Below, in pieces: positions 38,682-48,486 of a stretch of 64,000 nt of DNA. The position numbers and the translations under genes were made by a program. The stretch covers positions 19,326 through 83,325 of the forward strand of contig JBJXGV010000063.1 in assembly GCA_046160485.1 (NCBI GenBank), in the 5' to 3' direction. How positions within the stretch are numbered: the first letter of the stretch is position 1; every line of letters starts with the position of its first letter. Below the pieces are notes generated by a model, which made no database searches, was not told where the DNA came from, and saw only the letters and a list, made by a program, of their open reading frames with translations. This stretch comes from a bacterium (GTDB lineage Bacteria > Orphanbacterota > Orphanbacteria > JBJXGV01).

Positions 38682-39524
38682 ATGAAAGTCGGCTCGTACG
38701 AAATCTTCGCGGTCGAGGCCGAGACGTTTCGCCTCGACGGCGGCGCGATGTTCGGCGTCGTGCCGCGCACGCTCTGGGAGAAGACGAATCCTCCGGACGA
38801 CAAGAACCGAATCCGGATGACCACGCGCGTGCTCGTGTTGCGCGGCGACGGCCGCACGGCGATCGTCGATGCGGGGATCGGAGCGAAGGAGACCGAGAAG
38901 TTCCGCGGGATCTACGCCATGGGGCGCGCGGGAAGCCTCGTGGAATCACTGGCGCAGCGCGGCGTCGCCGCCGCCGACGTTACCGACGTGATTCTCTCGC
39001 ATCTCCACTTCGATCACGCCGGCGGCGGGACGCGGCGCGACGGCGATCGCGTCGTTCCCGCGTTTCCGCGCGCGAACTATCACGTGCAGCGCGTCAACCT
39101 CGCGCAGGCGCGGCGGCCCAACGATCGCGATCGCGCGAGTTTCTTTCCCGACAACTTCGAGCCGCTCGCGCTCGCGGGCGTTCTGCGCGAACACGATCCC
39201 GACGCCGAGATTCTCCCCGGTGTTTTCGCGCGCGTGACGAATGGCCATTCGCCCGGACACCAGATGATCGAGGTGATCGACGGACACGATAGTGTTGCGT
39301 TCGTCGGCGAAACCGCACCGATGACGAGCCATCTTCCGACTCCGTACGTGATGGGCTACGACCTCGAGCCCGTCGTCACAATGGAGGAGAAGAAGACGTG
39401 GCTTCCGCGTTGGGCGGAGCGCGGTACCGTGCTCGTGTTCGATCACGATCCCGACACCGGCGCGGCGCGCATCGAACCGGGTGCACGCGGGTACTTCCAA
39501 ATCTCCGAGCGCATCACGCTGTGA
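38682..39524 (+). CDS. MBL-fold metallo-hydrolase
   Basis: HLHFDHAGG (HxHxDH) motif. Confidence 0.8.
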   Translation: MKVGSYEIFAVEAETFRLDGGAMFGVVPRTLWEKTNPPDDKNRIRMTTRVLVLRGDGRTAIVDAGIGAKETEKFRGIYAMGRAGSLVESLAQRGVAAADVTDVILSHLHFDHAGGGTRRDGDRVVPAFPRANYHVQRVNLAQARRPNDRDRASFFPDNFEPLALAGVLREHDPDAEILPGVFARVTNGHSPGHQMIEVIDGHDSVAFVGETAPMTSHLPTPYVMGYDLEPVVTMEEKKTWLPRWAERGTVLVFDHDPDTGAARIEPGARGYFQISERITL

Positions 39525-40399
39525 CGGACGAACGCGCGGGCGCCGCGGCGCGCGTGCCGGTCCTCATCGGCGAGAGGCTCAACCCGTCAGGCAATCCGCG
39601 CCTCGCGATGCGTCTGGCAGCGGGGGAGTGGGACGCGCTCGACGATGAAGCGCGCGCGCAGGCGGCGGGCGGCGCCGAATTTCTCGACGTCAACGGCGTC
39701 CTCGGCGGCGCGCGCGAGCGGGACATCCTCTTCGAGATGATCGAGCGCGCGGAGCGCGTCGCGGCGCTACCGCTCGTTCTCGATTCGCGCGACGCGGCGC
39801 TTCTCGCGGAGGCGAGCGCACGCACACGCGCGCCTGCGATCCTCAGCTCGATTCCCGCGACGCGCGGCGCGCTCCGCGACGTACTGCCACGTGTCGCCGG
39901 CTCGGGTCGCGCGATCGTCGGGCTCGCGATGGGAGACGATGGCGTTCGCGGCTCCGCCGAGGAACGATTTGCATGCGCCGAGCGCTTCGTGGCCGCCGGG
40001 CTCGCGCTCGGTGTTCCGCGCGAGAGTTTGATCGTCGATTGCCTCGCGATGCCGCTCCCTCCTCGCACCGCGGCGCAAGGCGCGAGCGCGATTGCGCCGC
40101 TCGGCGCCACGGTCGTCGCGAACGCCGCCGCGCTCGGCGCGATGCGTCTCGTGGCCGCGCGGCTCGGCGCACCGCTCCTGCTCGGCATCTCGAACGCCGC
40201 GTACGGCGCTCCCAACGCCGCCGAGCGCAGCCGCCGCGCGTGCGAGTTTCTCACCGCCGCGCTCGCCGCCGGCCTCGACTACGCGATCGCGAATCCTCTC
40301 GACGAGCGGATTCGTAGTATCCTACACGCCGCGAAGCGGGACCGCGGGCACGTCGCCCGTCCGATCTCGCCCGTCACACGAAAGGAGAACGCGGAATGA
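39521..40399 (+). CDS. pterin-binding domain protein (dihydropteroate synthase / MtrH-like)
   Basis: GTGA overlap with the MBL gene. VLIGERLNPSG N-terminal pterin-binding TIM-barrel signature. ATGA overlap with lemA. Confidence 0.65.
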   Translation: MTDERAGAAARVPVLIGERLNPSGNPRLAMRLAAGEWDALDDEARAQAAGGAEFLDVNGVLGGARERDILFEMIERAERVAALPLVLDSRDAALLAEASARTRAPAILSSIPATRGALRDVLPRVAGSGRAIVGLAMGDDGVRGSAEERFACAERFVAAGLALGVPRESLIVDCLAMPLPPRTAAQGASAIAPLGATVVANAAALGAMRLVAARLGAPLLLGISNAAYGAPNAAERSRRACEFLTAALAAGLDYAIANPLDERIRSILHAAKRDRGHVARPISPVTRKENAE

Positions 40400-40953
40400 T
40401 CTTTCTCGTGCTCGCGGGAATCGTGGTGCTTGCCGCAGTCTGGGCGATCGGAATCTTCAACGGGCTCGTCGGCCTGCGCAACCAAGTTCAGAACGCGTGG
40501 AAGCAGATCGACGTTCAGCTCAAGCGCCGTCACGATCTCATCCCCAATCTCGTGAACACCGTGAAGGGGATGATGAAGTTCGAACAGGACACGCTGACGA
40601 AGGTGATGGAGGCGCGCGCGAAGGCGGTCGGCGCGACGAGCGTCGGCGCGAAGGGCGCTGCCGAGGGAGAACTCACGCAAGCGCTCGGCCGGCTCTTCGC
40701 CGTCGTCGAGAACTATCCCGATCTGAAGTCCAACGTGAACGTCCTGAAGTTGCAAGAGGAACTCACGACGACCGAGAATCAAATCGGATTCTCGCGCCAG
40801 CACTACAACGATTTGGTGATGCGCTACAACACGCGCCAAGAGGTGTTCCCGACGAATCTCGTCGCGGGGATGCTCGGCTTCCAACGTTCGGAGTTTCTCG
40901 AGATCGCGGAGACGGAGCGCGCCACGCCGGCGGTCGATCTCTCTCTGTCGTGA
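40396..40953 (+). CDS. lemA: LemA family protein
   Basis: N-terminal TM then the conserved LemA core (WKQIDVQLKRRHDLIPNLV ... NYPDLKSN). Confidence 0.85.
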   Translation: MIFLVLAGIVVLAAVWAIGIFNGLVGLRNQVQNAWKQIDVQLKRRHDLIPNLVNTVKGMMKFEQDTLTKVMEARAKAVGATSVGAKGAAEGELTQALGRLFAVVENYPDLKSNVNVLKLQEELTTTENQIGFSRQHYNDLVMRYNTRQEVFPTNLVAGMLGFQRSEFLEIAETERATPAVDLSLS

Positions 40954-41966
40954 GCGCGGCGGCGCCGTCCGCGCGGCGTGATCTCTGGCAGGAGCAGGCG
41001 CGCAATCGACGCAACACGTGGTTCCTCATCGCGGGATTCGTCGCGCTCCTCGGCATACTCGGCTTCGGCGCGGACTTTTTTATCTGGACGCGTGCGGGCG
41101 ACGGCGAGTTCCCGAGCGGCTTCGTGCCGATCGCCACGCCGATCGCGCTCGCCGTCGGATTACTGCAGTCGGTCGGCGGCTACATGGCCGGCGCCAGCGC
41201 CGTGCTCTCGTCGACGCGCGCGCGGCCGGCCGACCCTGCGAATCCGCGCGAGGAGATCCTCCTCAACGTCGTGCAAGAGATGCGCGCCGCCTCCGGCCTG
41301 CCGATGCCGCGCGTCTACGTGGTGCCGGATCACGACCCGAACGCGTTCGCCGTCGGCCGCAGCCCGGAACACGCGGCGATCGCGGTGACGGAGGGGCTTC
41401 TCGATCAACTCGATCGCGAAGAGTTGCAGGGCGTGATCGCGCACGAGATGGCGCACATCCGCAATCTCGACATCCGAACGATGACGCTCGTCGCCGCGCT
41501 TCTCGGCGCGCTCGTGCTGATCTCCGATCTTTCGCTGCGCATGTTGCGCTTCGGCGGCGGCGGCTCGAACTCGCGCCGAAGCAGCCGCGATGGCGGCGGC
41601 GGCGGTGGCGGCCCGCTCGTTCTCGTTTTCCTCGTGCTGTGGATTCTGCTTGCGGTCGTCACGCCGATTCTCGGGCAGATGCTCGCGTTCGCCGTCTCGC
41701 GCTCGCGCGAGTTCGACGCCGACGCGAGTGCGGCGGAGTTCACGCGCAACCCGGTCGGGCTCGCGAAGGCGCTCCGCAAGATCGACGCGGCGGCCGAACC
41801 GACGCGCAGCGTGAAGCGCGGCTCCGCGCACCTCTGCATCGCCGATCCGCAGGGGCGCGCGGTGAACAAATCGGAAGGCGCGCTCGCCTCGCTCTTCGCG
41901 ACGCATCCTCCCATCGCGAAACGGATCGCGATACTCGAGAACATGGCGGGCGTGGGGAACGCGTGA
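40950..41966 (+). CDS. htpX: M48 family zinc metalloprotease HtpX-like
   Basis: GTGA overlap with lemA. HEMAHIRNLD, SRSREFDAD, TM helices. Contains a poly-Gly run (GGGGGGG) from a GGC repeat. Confidence 0.8.
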   Translation: MSAAAPSARRDLWQEQARNRRNTWFLIAGFVALLGILGFGADFFIWTRAGDGEFPSGFVPIATPIALAVGLLQSVGGYMAGASAVLSSTRARPADPANPREEILLNVVQEMRAASGLPMPRVYVVPDHDPNAFAVGRSPEHAAIAVTEGLLDQLDREELQGVIAHEMAHIRNLDIRTMTLVAALLGALVLISDLSLRMLRFGGGGSNSRRSSRDGGGGGGGPLVLVFLVLWILLAVVTPILGQMLAFAVSRSREFDADASAAEFTRNPVGLAKALRKIDAAAEPTRSVKRGSAHLCIADPQGRAVNKSEGALASLFATHPPIAKRIAILENMAGVGNA

Positions 41967-42086
41967 CGCGGTAGACAACTCGCGCCGCTCCGTCCACACT
42001 CGCGCCGGGCGACGAGAGACGAAATACGACATGCGACATCCGACGAAGTGCGGCCGCCGCGATCGCGGCCGCCCCACCGGGAGGCA

Positions 42087-42941
42087 ATGATGCGCTGGCA
42101 GAATCGACGACGGAGCGACAACATGGAGGATCGGCGAGGCGCGTCACCGTCGCGGCTCGCCATCGGCGGCGGCGTTGGCACGCTCGCGGTCGTCGTCATC
42201 GCGCTTCTCTTCGGCGCCGATCCGACCGCGATTCTGCAGCAGCTCCAAGGAACACAAGTTTCGGTCCCGTCGGAGTCGGGCGTGATCGATCCGGCGCAGC
42301 AGGAACTCGCCGAGTTCGTGTCCGTGATTTTGGCGGACACGGAAGACGTCTGGCGTCAGATCTTCGAGTCGAGCGGCGCGACGTACGAGGAGCCGCGCCT
42401 CGTCCTCTTCTCGGGCGGCGTCGAGTCCGCCTGCGGAATGGCGAGCGCCGCGATGGGGCCGTTCTACTGCCCGGGCGACGCGAAGGTCTACATCGACCTG
42501 AGCTTCTACGAGGATCTTCAGAATCGCTTCCAAGCGCCGGGCGATTTCGCGCAGGCATACGTGATCGCGCACGAGATCGGCCATCATGTGCAGAACCAAC
42601 TCGGAGTGATGGAGCGGGTGAACGCGGCGCGCGGACGCGTGAGCGAGTCCGAGTTCAACGAGATTTCCGTGCGGCTCGAGCTGCAGGCCGATTTCCTCGC
42701 GGGCGTCTGGGCGCATCACGCGCGGAAGAGCCGCGATTTTCTCGAGGCCGGCGACATCGAGGAGGCGCTGCGCGCGGCGAGCGCGATCGGCGACGATCGT
42801 CTGCAAAAACAGTCGCAGGGCTACATCGTTCCCGATTCGTTTACGCACGGCACGTCGGAGCAGCGCGTACGCTGGTTCCGCAAGGGGCTCGAGACCGGCG
42901 ACGTCACGCAGGGCGACACGTTTATGGCGAACACTCTGTAG
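42087..42941 (+). CDS. putative neutral zinc metallopeptidase (YpfJ/Zn_peptidase_2 family)
   Basis: GGGAGG RBS. TM anchor. AHEIGHHVQ. Confidence 0.75.
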   Translation: MMRWQNRRRSDNMEDRRGASPSRLAIGGGVGTLAVVVIALLFGADPTAILQQLQGTQVSVPSESGVIDPAQQELAEFVSVILADTEDVWRQIFESSGATYEEPRLVLFSGGVESACGMASAAMGPFYCPGDAKVYIDLSFYEDLQNRFQAPGDFAQAYVIAHEIGHHVQNQLGVMERVNAARGRVSESEFNEISVRLELQADFLAGVWAHHARKSRDFLEAGDIEEALRAASAIGDDRLQKQSQGYIVPDSFTHGTSEQRVRWFRKGLETGDVTQGDTFMANTL

Positions 42942-42953
42942 CGTCGCGAGGCG

Positions 42954-44117
42954 TTACAGCGTCGCGCCGATGTCTCGAATCGGAACGACCGTCCACGACT
43001 GATCGATCGGCTTCCCCGTCACGATCGCGCCGGCCGCGCCGTGCGCCTCCGCGGCGCGCACACGATCACGAACGCTTGCCATCCCCAGATCCCAGCCTTC
43101 GACGACGACCCAGAGTTCCTGATCGGAGTCGTACTCGCGATAGCGGTCGAGCATGGCGCCGACCCACGCGCCTGGCGCGCCGAACGCCGGGTCGTCGCGG
43201 CCGAACGTTCGGTCGAGCGCGAGAAGCCCGACGGCCGGGCGCGCGGCGAGAAGATGAATCAGGCGCGGGTAGGACTCGAGCGCGTCGGGGTGCGTGCAGA
43301 GCATGCGGCCGTAACCGAGCGTCGTCTCCGCATCCGCGACGCCGGCGTGCGCGACGCCCGCCTCGCACTCCTCCGTGATGACGGGCACCGCGGTGAGCCC
43401 GGGGAAACGCTCCTCGATCGCTTCCGCGAAGAGGATCGGCGCGACCGGATCGCCGCCGAACGCGCCTTCGCCTCCGCCGAGTGCGATCTTCTCGCCGATC
43501 GATCCGTCCCACATCCGGCAGAACGCGTTCCCGCAGCCGCATCCTTCGGGCGCGCCGAGGACGTCGTTGAGGAAAACGCGCCGCGCCACGCCGCGCGGCG
43601 CGGCCTCGAGAATGCGTGCGACCTTCTCGACCTCGTAGTCGAAGACCTCTTTGTTGTTGATGCAAACCCACTCGGCGACCGCGACCGGCTCGCCGCCGAA
43701 GAAGATGGTTTTATGCGGGCGATGAAGCCACGCCGCGTTGCTCGCGGCGGCGGCGGGGTCGCGGCCGACCTCGATCCAGTAGTCGACGGCGAGGCCGGCG
43801 TCCTCCGCGCCTGCAATCGCGGCGCGGACCGCGATCGCGGCACTCGAGTCGATGGCGCCTCGATCGTCGCTTCGAACCGGAACGCCGAGCGGCGACAGAT
43901 CGATGACGACTCGCGTGAATCCCTCGTCGCGAAGCCGCGCGAGGTCGCGCGACGCGAGCGATTCCGCGTCGTCGAGAAACGCAGCGGGAAGATGCGGCGA
44001 TCGAGACGTCCGTGCGCGGCCCGCCGCGGAAGCGAGCGCGATGACGAACCCGACCGCCGCGACGAGAAGCAGCGCGAGTCCGAAAAGGTGGCTGGCTCTT
44101 GGTTCTTCGTGCCTCAA
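42954..44117 (-). CDS. hypothetical secreted/membrane-anchored protein
   Basis: 387 aa. N-terminal hydrophobic segment. No motif recognised. Confidence 0.5.
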   Translation of the reverse strand: MRHEEPRASHLFGLALLLVAAVGFVIALASAAGRARTSRSPHLPAAFLDDAESLASRDLARLRDEGFTRVVIDLSPLGVPVRSDDRGAIDSSAAIAVRAAIAGAEDAGLAVDYWIEVGRDPAAAASNAAWLHRPHKTIFFGGEPVAVAEWVCINNKEVFDYEVEKVARILEAAPRGVARRVFLNDVLGAPEGCGCGNAFCRMWDGSIGEKIALGGGEGAFGGDPVAPILFAEAIEERFPGLTAVPVITEECEAGVAHAGVADAETTLGYGRMLCTHPDALESYPRLIHLLAARPAVGLLALDRTFGRDDPAFGAPGAWVGAMLDRYREYDSDQELWVVVEGWDLGMASVRDRVRAAEAHGAAGAIVTGKPIDQSWTVVPIRDIGATL

Positions 44118-44278
44118 CGCGTCTCCTTGCGGGGGCGAGGCGGCGAGTGTAGCACGCGCTCTTCGCGGCGGACTCAGAGCGGAAAGGAACCGATCCCCGG
44201 CGCGCCGAGTTTGCGATAGACTTCGCGGCGGTCATCGCCGATCCCGCGTTCGCCCGAGCAGCCACGTTTGGAGGTCAC

Positions 44279-46465
44279 ATGAAGATTCGCGTTCGCCAGT
44301 CGATCACTCTATCGAGCCGTTTTCGTTTACTTGCTCCCCGCGTGATGACCGTCGCGTTGATTCTCGGCGCGTTCGCCACATTCGCGGCATTCGGCACCGC
44401 CGCGCAGGCCGCCGCGTCGACGCCGGCGGCGCCCGCGTCCGCCGCGCATCCCGCGTGGATGGCGCAGTCGCTGCGCAACGCCGAGGCCGCTCTCGTCGCG
44501 CAGCACGGCGAGGCGCAGCGCGAACGCGCCGCGCGCGGTCTCGCGCAGATCGCCGATTTCTGGCGCGAGGAGGACGGCGGCGCCGCGGACTTCGAAGAGT
44601 TCGCGCGCACGCACTTCGCCGGCGACGGCGAGACGCACGACGCGATGTTCGCCCGCTTCCAATTCCTCCTCGAGCAAGTCGACGGTCACATGAACGAGAT
44701 CGGCCGCGAGCTTCGCCAGCAGTCGGAGCTGACGCTCGGAACGGTTTACCCGTTCGACGAAATCTGCGCCGCGTACGATCCCGGCGCGCATCTCACCGAC
44801 GATTTCTTCGGAAACAAGATCGCGTTCGTCGTGCTGCTGAATTTCCCGCTCACGACACTCGAGGAGCGGCTCAACGATGGGAAGAATTGGTCGCGGCGTC
44901 GTTGGGCCGAAGTGCGGCTTGCGCAGCGATTCTCCAAGCGCATCCCCGCGGACGTGAACCTCGCCGTGAACGAAGCCTACGCTGCCGCCGAGCAATACAT
45001 CGCGTCGTACAACATCTGGATGCACCACGTCCTCGACGACAAGGGGAAGCGAGTCTTTCCGTCGAAGCTGCGGCTTCTGACGCACTGGAATCTGCGCGAC
45101 GAGATCAAGGCGAGCTACAGCGATCCGAAGGATGGGCTCGCGAAGCAGCGCGCGCTCCAGCAGGTGATGGAGCGCATCGTGACGCAGACGATACCGGCAT
45201 GCGTCGTCGACAATCCGCGCTACGACTGGAATCCGACCACGAACGAAGTGAAGCCGTCGCCGAAGAAGGCGATCGAGGACGACGCGCCCGAGAATCGCGG
45301 GGCGCCCGCGACCGGAACGCCGCTCAACGCCCCCGAGCCGGATACGCGCTACGCGATGCTCCTCGGCACGTTCCGCGCGTCGCGGCTCGTCGATCCCTAC
45401 TCGCCGACCGCCCCGACGCTCATCGCGCGCCGCTTCGATGAGGACCGCGAGATTCCCGAGGCGCGCATGGAGTCGATGCTCAAGGCCGTGCTCACGTCGC
45501 CGGTCGTGCCGCAGGTCGCGAAGCTCATCGAGCAACGACTCGGCCGGCCGCTCGAGCCGTTCGACGTCTGGTACAACGGCTTCAAGGCGCGCGGCACGTA
45601 CACCGAAGAGGAACTCGACGCGATCACGAAGAAGAAGTATCCGACGCCCGACGCGTACAAGAGCGACATGCCGCGTTTGCTCGTCGATCTCGATTTCACG
45701 CCGGAGCGTGCCGAGTATCTGGCGAACAACATCATCGTCGATGCGGCGCGCGGCTCCGGCCATGCGCTCGGCGCGCAGATGCGCACGGCGAAGACTCACC
45801 TGCGCACGCGCGTCGAACCCGACGGTATGAACTACAAGGGCTACAACATCGCGGTGCACGAGATGGGGCACAACGTCGAGCAGACGTTCTCGCTCAATGA
45901 TATCGATCACACGCTCTTGAGCGGCGTGCCGAATAACGCGTTCACGGAGGCGCTCGCGTTCGTGTTCCAGGGGCGCGACCTCGAATTGCTCGGACTCTCG
46001 ACGCCCGACGCGAAGAGCCACGCGCTCGCGACGCTCCACGATTTCTGGGGGACGTTCGAGATCAGCGGCGTCGCGCTGGTCGACATGGCCGTCTGGCATT
46101 GGATGTACGACCATCCCGAGTGCACGGCGGCCGAACTGCGCGACGCGACGATCGAAATCTCCAAGCGCATCTGGAACGAATACTACGCGCCGGTTTTCGG
46201 GACTCGCGACGTCGTGCTTCTCGGAATCTACTCGCACATGATCAGCCTCTCGATGTATCTGCCGGACTACCCGATCGGCCACCTGATCGCGTTTCAGATC
46301 GAGGAGAAGATGCACGCCGCCGGAAAGATCGGTCCCGAGTTCGAGCGCGTTTCGAAGATCGGAAGCGTCACGCCCGACATGTGGATGATCGAGGCGACCG
46401 GAAAGCCCGTGGGGCCCGAGGCGCTGCTCGCGGCGACCGAGCGCGCGCTCGCCGACTTGCGATGA
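44279..46465 (+). CDS. secreted HExxH zinc metallopeptidase (728 aa)
   Basis: GGAGG RBS. Signal-like hydrophobic region. VHEMGHNVE. Confidence 0.65.
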   Translation: MKIRVRQSITLSSRFRLLAPRVMTVALILGAFATFAAFGTAAQAAASTPAAPASAAHPAWMAQSLRNAEAALVAQHGEAQRERAARGLAQIADFWREEDGGAADFEEFARTHFAGDGETHDAMFARFQFLLEQVDGHMNEIGRELRQQSELTLGTVYPFDEICAAYDPGAHLTDDFFGNKIAFVVLLNFPLTTLEERLNDGKNWSRRRWAEVRLAQRFSKRIPADVNLAVNEAYAAAEQYIASYNIWMHHVLDDKGKRVFPSKLRLLTHWNLRDEIKASYSDPKDGLAKQRALQQVMERIVTQTIPACVVDNPRYDWNPTTNEVKPSPKKAIEDDAPENRGAPATGTPLNAPEPDTRYAMLLGTFRASRLVDPYSPTAPTLIARRFDEDREIPEARMESMLKAVLTSPVVPQVAKLIEQRLGRPLEPFDVWYNGFKARGTYTEEELDAITKKKYPTPDAYKSDMPRLLVDLDFTPERAEYLANNIIVDAARGSGHALGAQMRTAKTHLRTRVEPDGMNYKGYNIAVHEMGHNVEQTFSLNDIDHTLLSGVPNNAFTEALAFVFQGRDLELLGLSTPDAKSHALATLHDFWGTFEISGVALVDMAVWHWMYDHPECTAAELRDATIEISKRIWNEYYAPVFGTRDVVLLGIYSHMISLSMYLPDYPIGHLIAFQIEEKMHAAGKIGPEFERVSKIGSVTPDMWMIEATGKPVGPEALLAATERALADLR

Positions 46466-47460
46466 CAGACGCGGTCTGGACGCCGGTGCGCGCGCTTCTC
46501 GATCGCCACCGGCGTGTTCTCGTCACGACCCATCTCGGCCCCGACGCGGACGCGATCGGCTCCGAGATCGCGTTCGCTGAAATCCTGCGCGCGATGGGGA
46601 AGGAAGTCGCGCTCTGGAACGCGAGCCCGACACCGCGCAATTGCGCGTTCCTCGATCCGGCGCGCGAGATTCGCGCGTGGAGCGGCCCCGACGCCGCGGT
46701 TCTTGCGTGGGCCGATCTCGCCGTCATTCTCGATGTGAACGCGTGGTCGAATCTCGGCGAGGTCGGCGACGCGATTCGCGCCTCGAGCCTGCCGCGCCTC
46801 CTCATCGATCATCATCGCGGGGGAGACGACGACATCGCCGAGACGCGCGTCTCGGATGTCACGGCCGCGGCGACCGGCGTACTGATCTTCGAGATGGCGC
46901 GCGCGTTCGGCCAGCCGATCACGCCGCGAGCGGCGACGCCACTGTACGCCGCGCTCTGCGGCGACACCGGCTCCTTCCGCTTCGCGAACACGGACGCGCG
47001 CGCGCTTCACGTCGCGGCCGATCTCGTCGCCGCGGGCGCGCTCCCCGACGATATCTACCGCGCCCTCTTCGAGGATCTGTCGTGGGAGCGGCTGCGGCTC
47101 TTGCCTCACGCGCTCGGGAGCTTGCGCGCGGGCGCGGACGGGAAGCTCGCGTGGCTCGGCATCACGCACGCGATGTTCCGCGACGCGGGCGCCATCGAGG
47201 AAGACGCCGACCGTTTCGTGGATCAGATTCGCGGATTGCGCGGCGTTGAGGTCTGCGCCGTTTTTCGCGAACTCGAGAGCGGTGACGTTAAGGTGAGTCT
47301 TCGATCGTCGGGGCGCGTCGACGTGCAGCGCGTCGCGGTGCAATTCGGCGGCGGCGGGCATCGCCTCGCCGCCGGCGCGCATCTTCCTGGCCCTTACGCC
47401 GACGCCACCGCGAAGGTCGTCGCCGCGTTGGAGGCCGGCGTTCGCTCCGGAGGCGCGTAG
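46462..47460 (+). CDS. nrnA: DHH-family phosphoesterase NrnA (oligoribonuclease / pAp phosphatase)
   Basis: ATGA overlap. DHH motifs (THLGPDADAIGS, DHH, GGGH). Confidence 0.8.
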   Translation: MTDAVWTPVRALLDRHRRVLVTTHLGPDADAIGSEIAFAEILRAMGKEVALWNASPTPRNCAFLDPAREIRAWSGPDAAVLAWADLAVILDVNAWSNLGEVGDAIRASSLPRLLIDHHRGGDDDIAETRVSDVTAAATGVLIFEMARAFGQPITPRAATPLYAALCGDTGSFRFANTDARALHVAADLVAAGALPDDIYRALFEDLSWERLRLLPHALGSLRAGADGKLAWLGITHAMFRDAGAIEEDADRFVDQIRGLRGVEVCAVFRELESGDVKVSLRSSGRVDVQRVAVQFGGGGHRLAAGAHLPGPYADATAKVVAALEAGVRSGGA

Positions 47461-47486
47461 CGGGAACCGTCTCTGCGCTGGAAGGC

Positions 47487-47515
47487 TTGCAACGACCGTC
47501 TCGCTGACCTAGAAT
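47487..47515 (+). promoter_or_regulatory. candidate sigma-70 promoter of the ccm cluster (TTGCAA-17-TAGAAT)
   Basis: Seen directly upstream of ccmE. Confidence 0.35.
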
Positions 47516-47561
47516 GCCGGCATTCGACGCCCCCCGCTGACCCCCGAACTTGGAGGTACGG

Positions 47562-47984
47562 ATGTTTAAGAAGAAAGGGAAGTTCGTCATCGGGATCACG
47601 GCGGTGCTCGTCGCCCTCGGCTACCTCGCCGTCTCCGGGTTCGAAGCCGGCAAGGCGTATTACATCACCGCGACCGAACTGAAGGAAATGGGAACGCGCG
47701 CGCACGGTCTGCGGCTCCGCGTCGCGGGCACCGTGGCCGACGGAAGCATCACGCGCGACAGTTTCGTGACGCGATTCACTCTCGAGCAAGCCGGGACCAC
47801 GGTCCCGATAATCTACTCCGGCAAGGAGCCGCTTCCCGACACGTTCATGGACGGGGCGCAGGCGGTTTGCGACGGCGAACTCAACGACGACGGATCATTC
47901 GAGGCGAAAAAGATTCAAGCGAAGTGCGCCTCGAAGTACGAGGCCGGCTACGATCCGGCCACACTCGAACCGAAGAGTTCGTAG
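47562..47984 (+). CDS. ccmE: cytochrome c-type biogenesis heme chaperone CcmE
   Basis: N-terminal TM then OB-fold. LRLRVAGTV pattern. Confidence 0.85.
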   Translation: MFKKKGKFVIGITAVLVALGYLAVSGFEAGKAYYITATELKEMGTRAHGLRLRVAGTVADGSITRDSFVTRFTLEQAGTTVPIIYSGKEPLPDTFMDGAQAVCDGELNDDGSFEAKKIQAKCASKYEAGYDPATLEPKSS

Positions 47985-48017
47985 CGTTCATAGCTCGACA
48001 ACGGGAGGGAGTACGCC

Positions 48018-48479
48018 ATGGCGGTTCCCGTCGGCGCCCTTGTTCGCGGGCGCGAAATCTACTTCGTACGCCCCGAAATGACGGTGCGCGACGCGGTGCG
48101 TTACATGGCCGAGAAGAGCGTCGGCGCCGCTGTCGTTCTCGACGGCGAGCGTGTCATCGGCATCTTCACCGAGCGCGACCTCATGACGCGCGTCGTCCAC
48201 CTCGGCAAAGACGTCGATTCCACGAAGGTCGTCGACGCGATGTCGCGCGATTTGATTCTGTCCGAGGCGGACGAATCGGAAGAGACGTGCCACCGTCGAA
48301 TGATTCGCCACCGCATTCGCCACCTGCCGGTCGTCGAGAAGGGGCATCTGATCGGCCTCGTCTCCCTGCGCGACCTCTTGCTCGAAACTCTGCACCGCAA
48401 GGAAGAAGAACTCGATCAGATGACGCAGTACATCCACTACATTCCGCCGCACGCCGCGTCCGAGAAACGCGAAGGATGA
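48018..48479 (+). CDS. CBS-domain pair protein
   Basis: Two CBS motifs. GGGAGGGAG RBS. Confidence 0.8.
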   Translation: MAVPVGALVRGREIYFVRPEMTVRDAVRYMAEKSVGAAVVLDGERVIGIFTERDLMTRVVHLGKDVDSTKVVDAMSRDLILSEADESEETCHRRMIRHRIRHLPVVEKGHLIGLVSLRDLLLETLHRKEEELDQMTQYIHYIPPHAASEKREG

Positions 48480-48486
48480 CCTGCGA

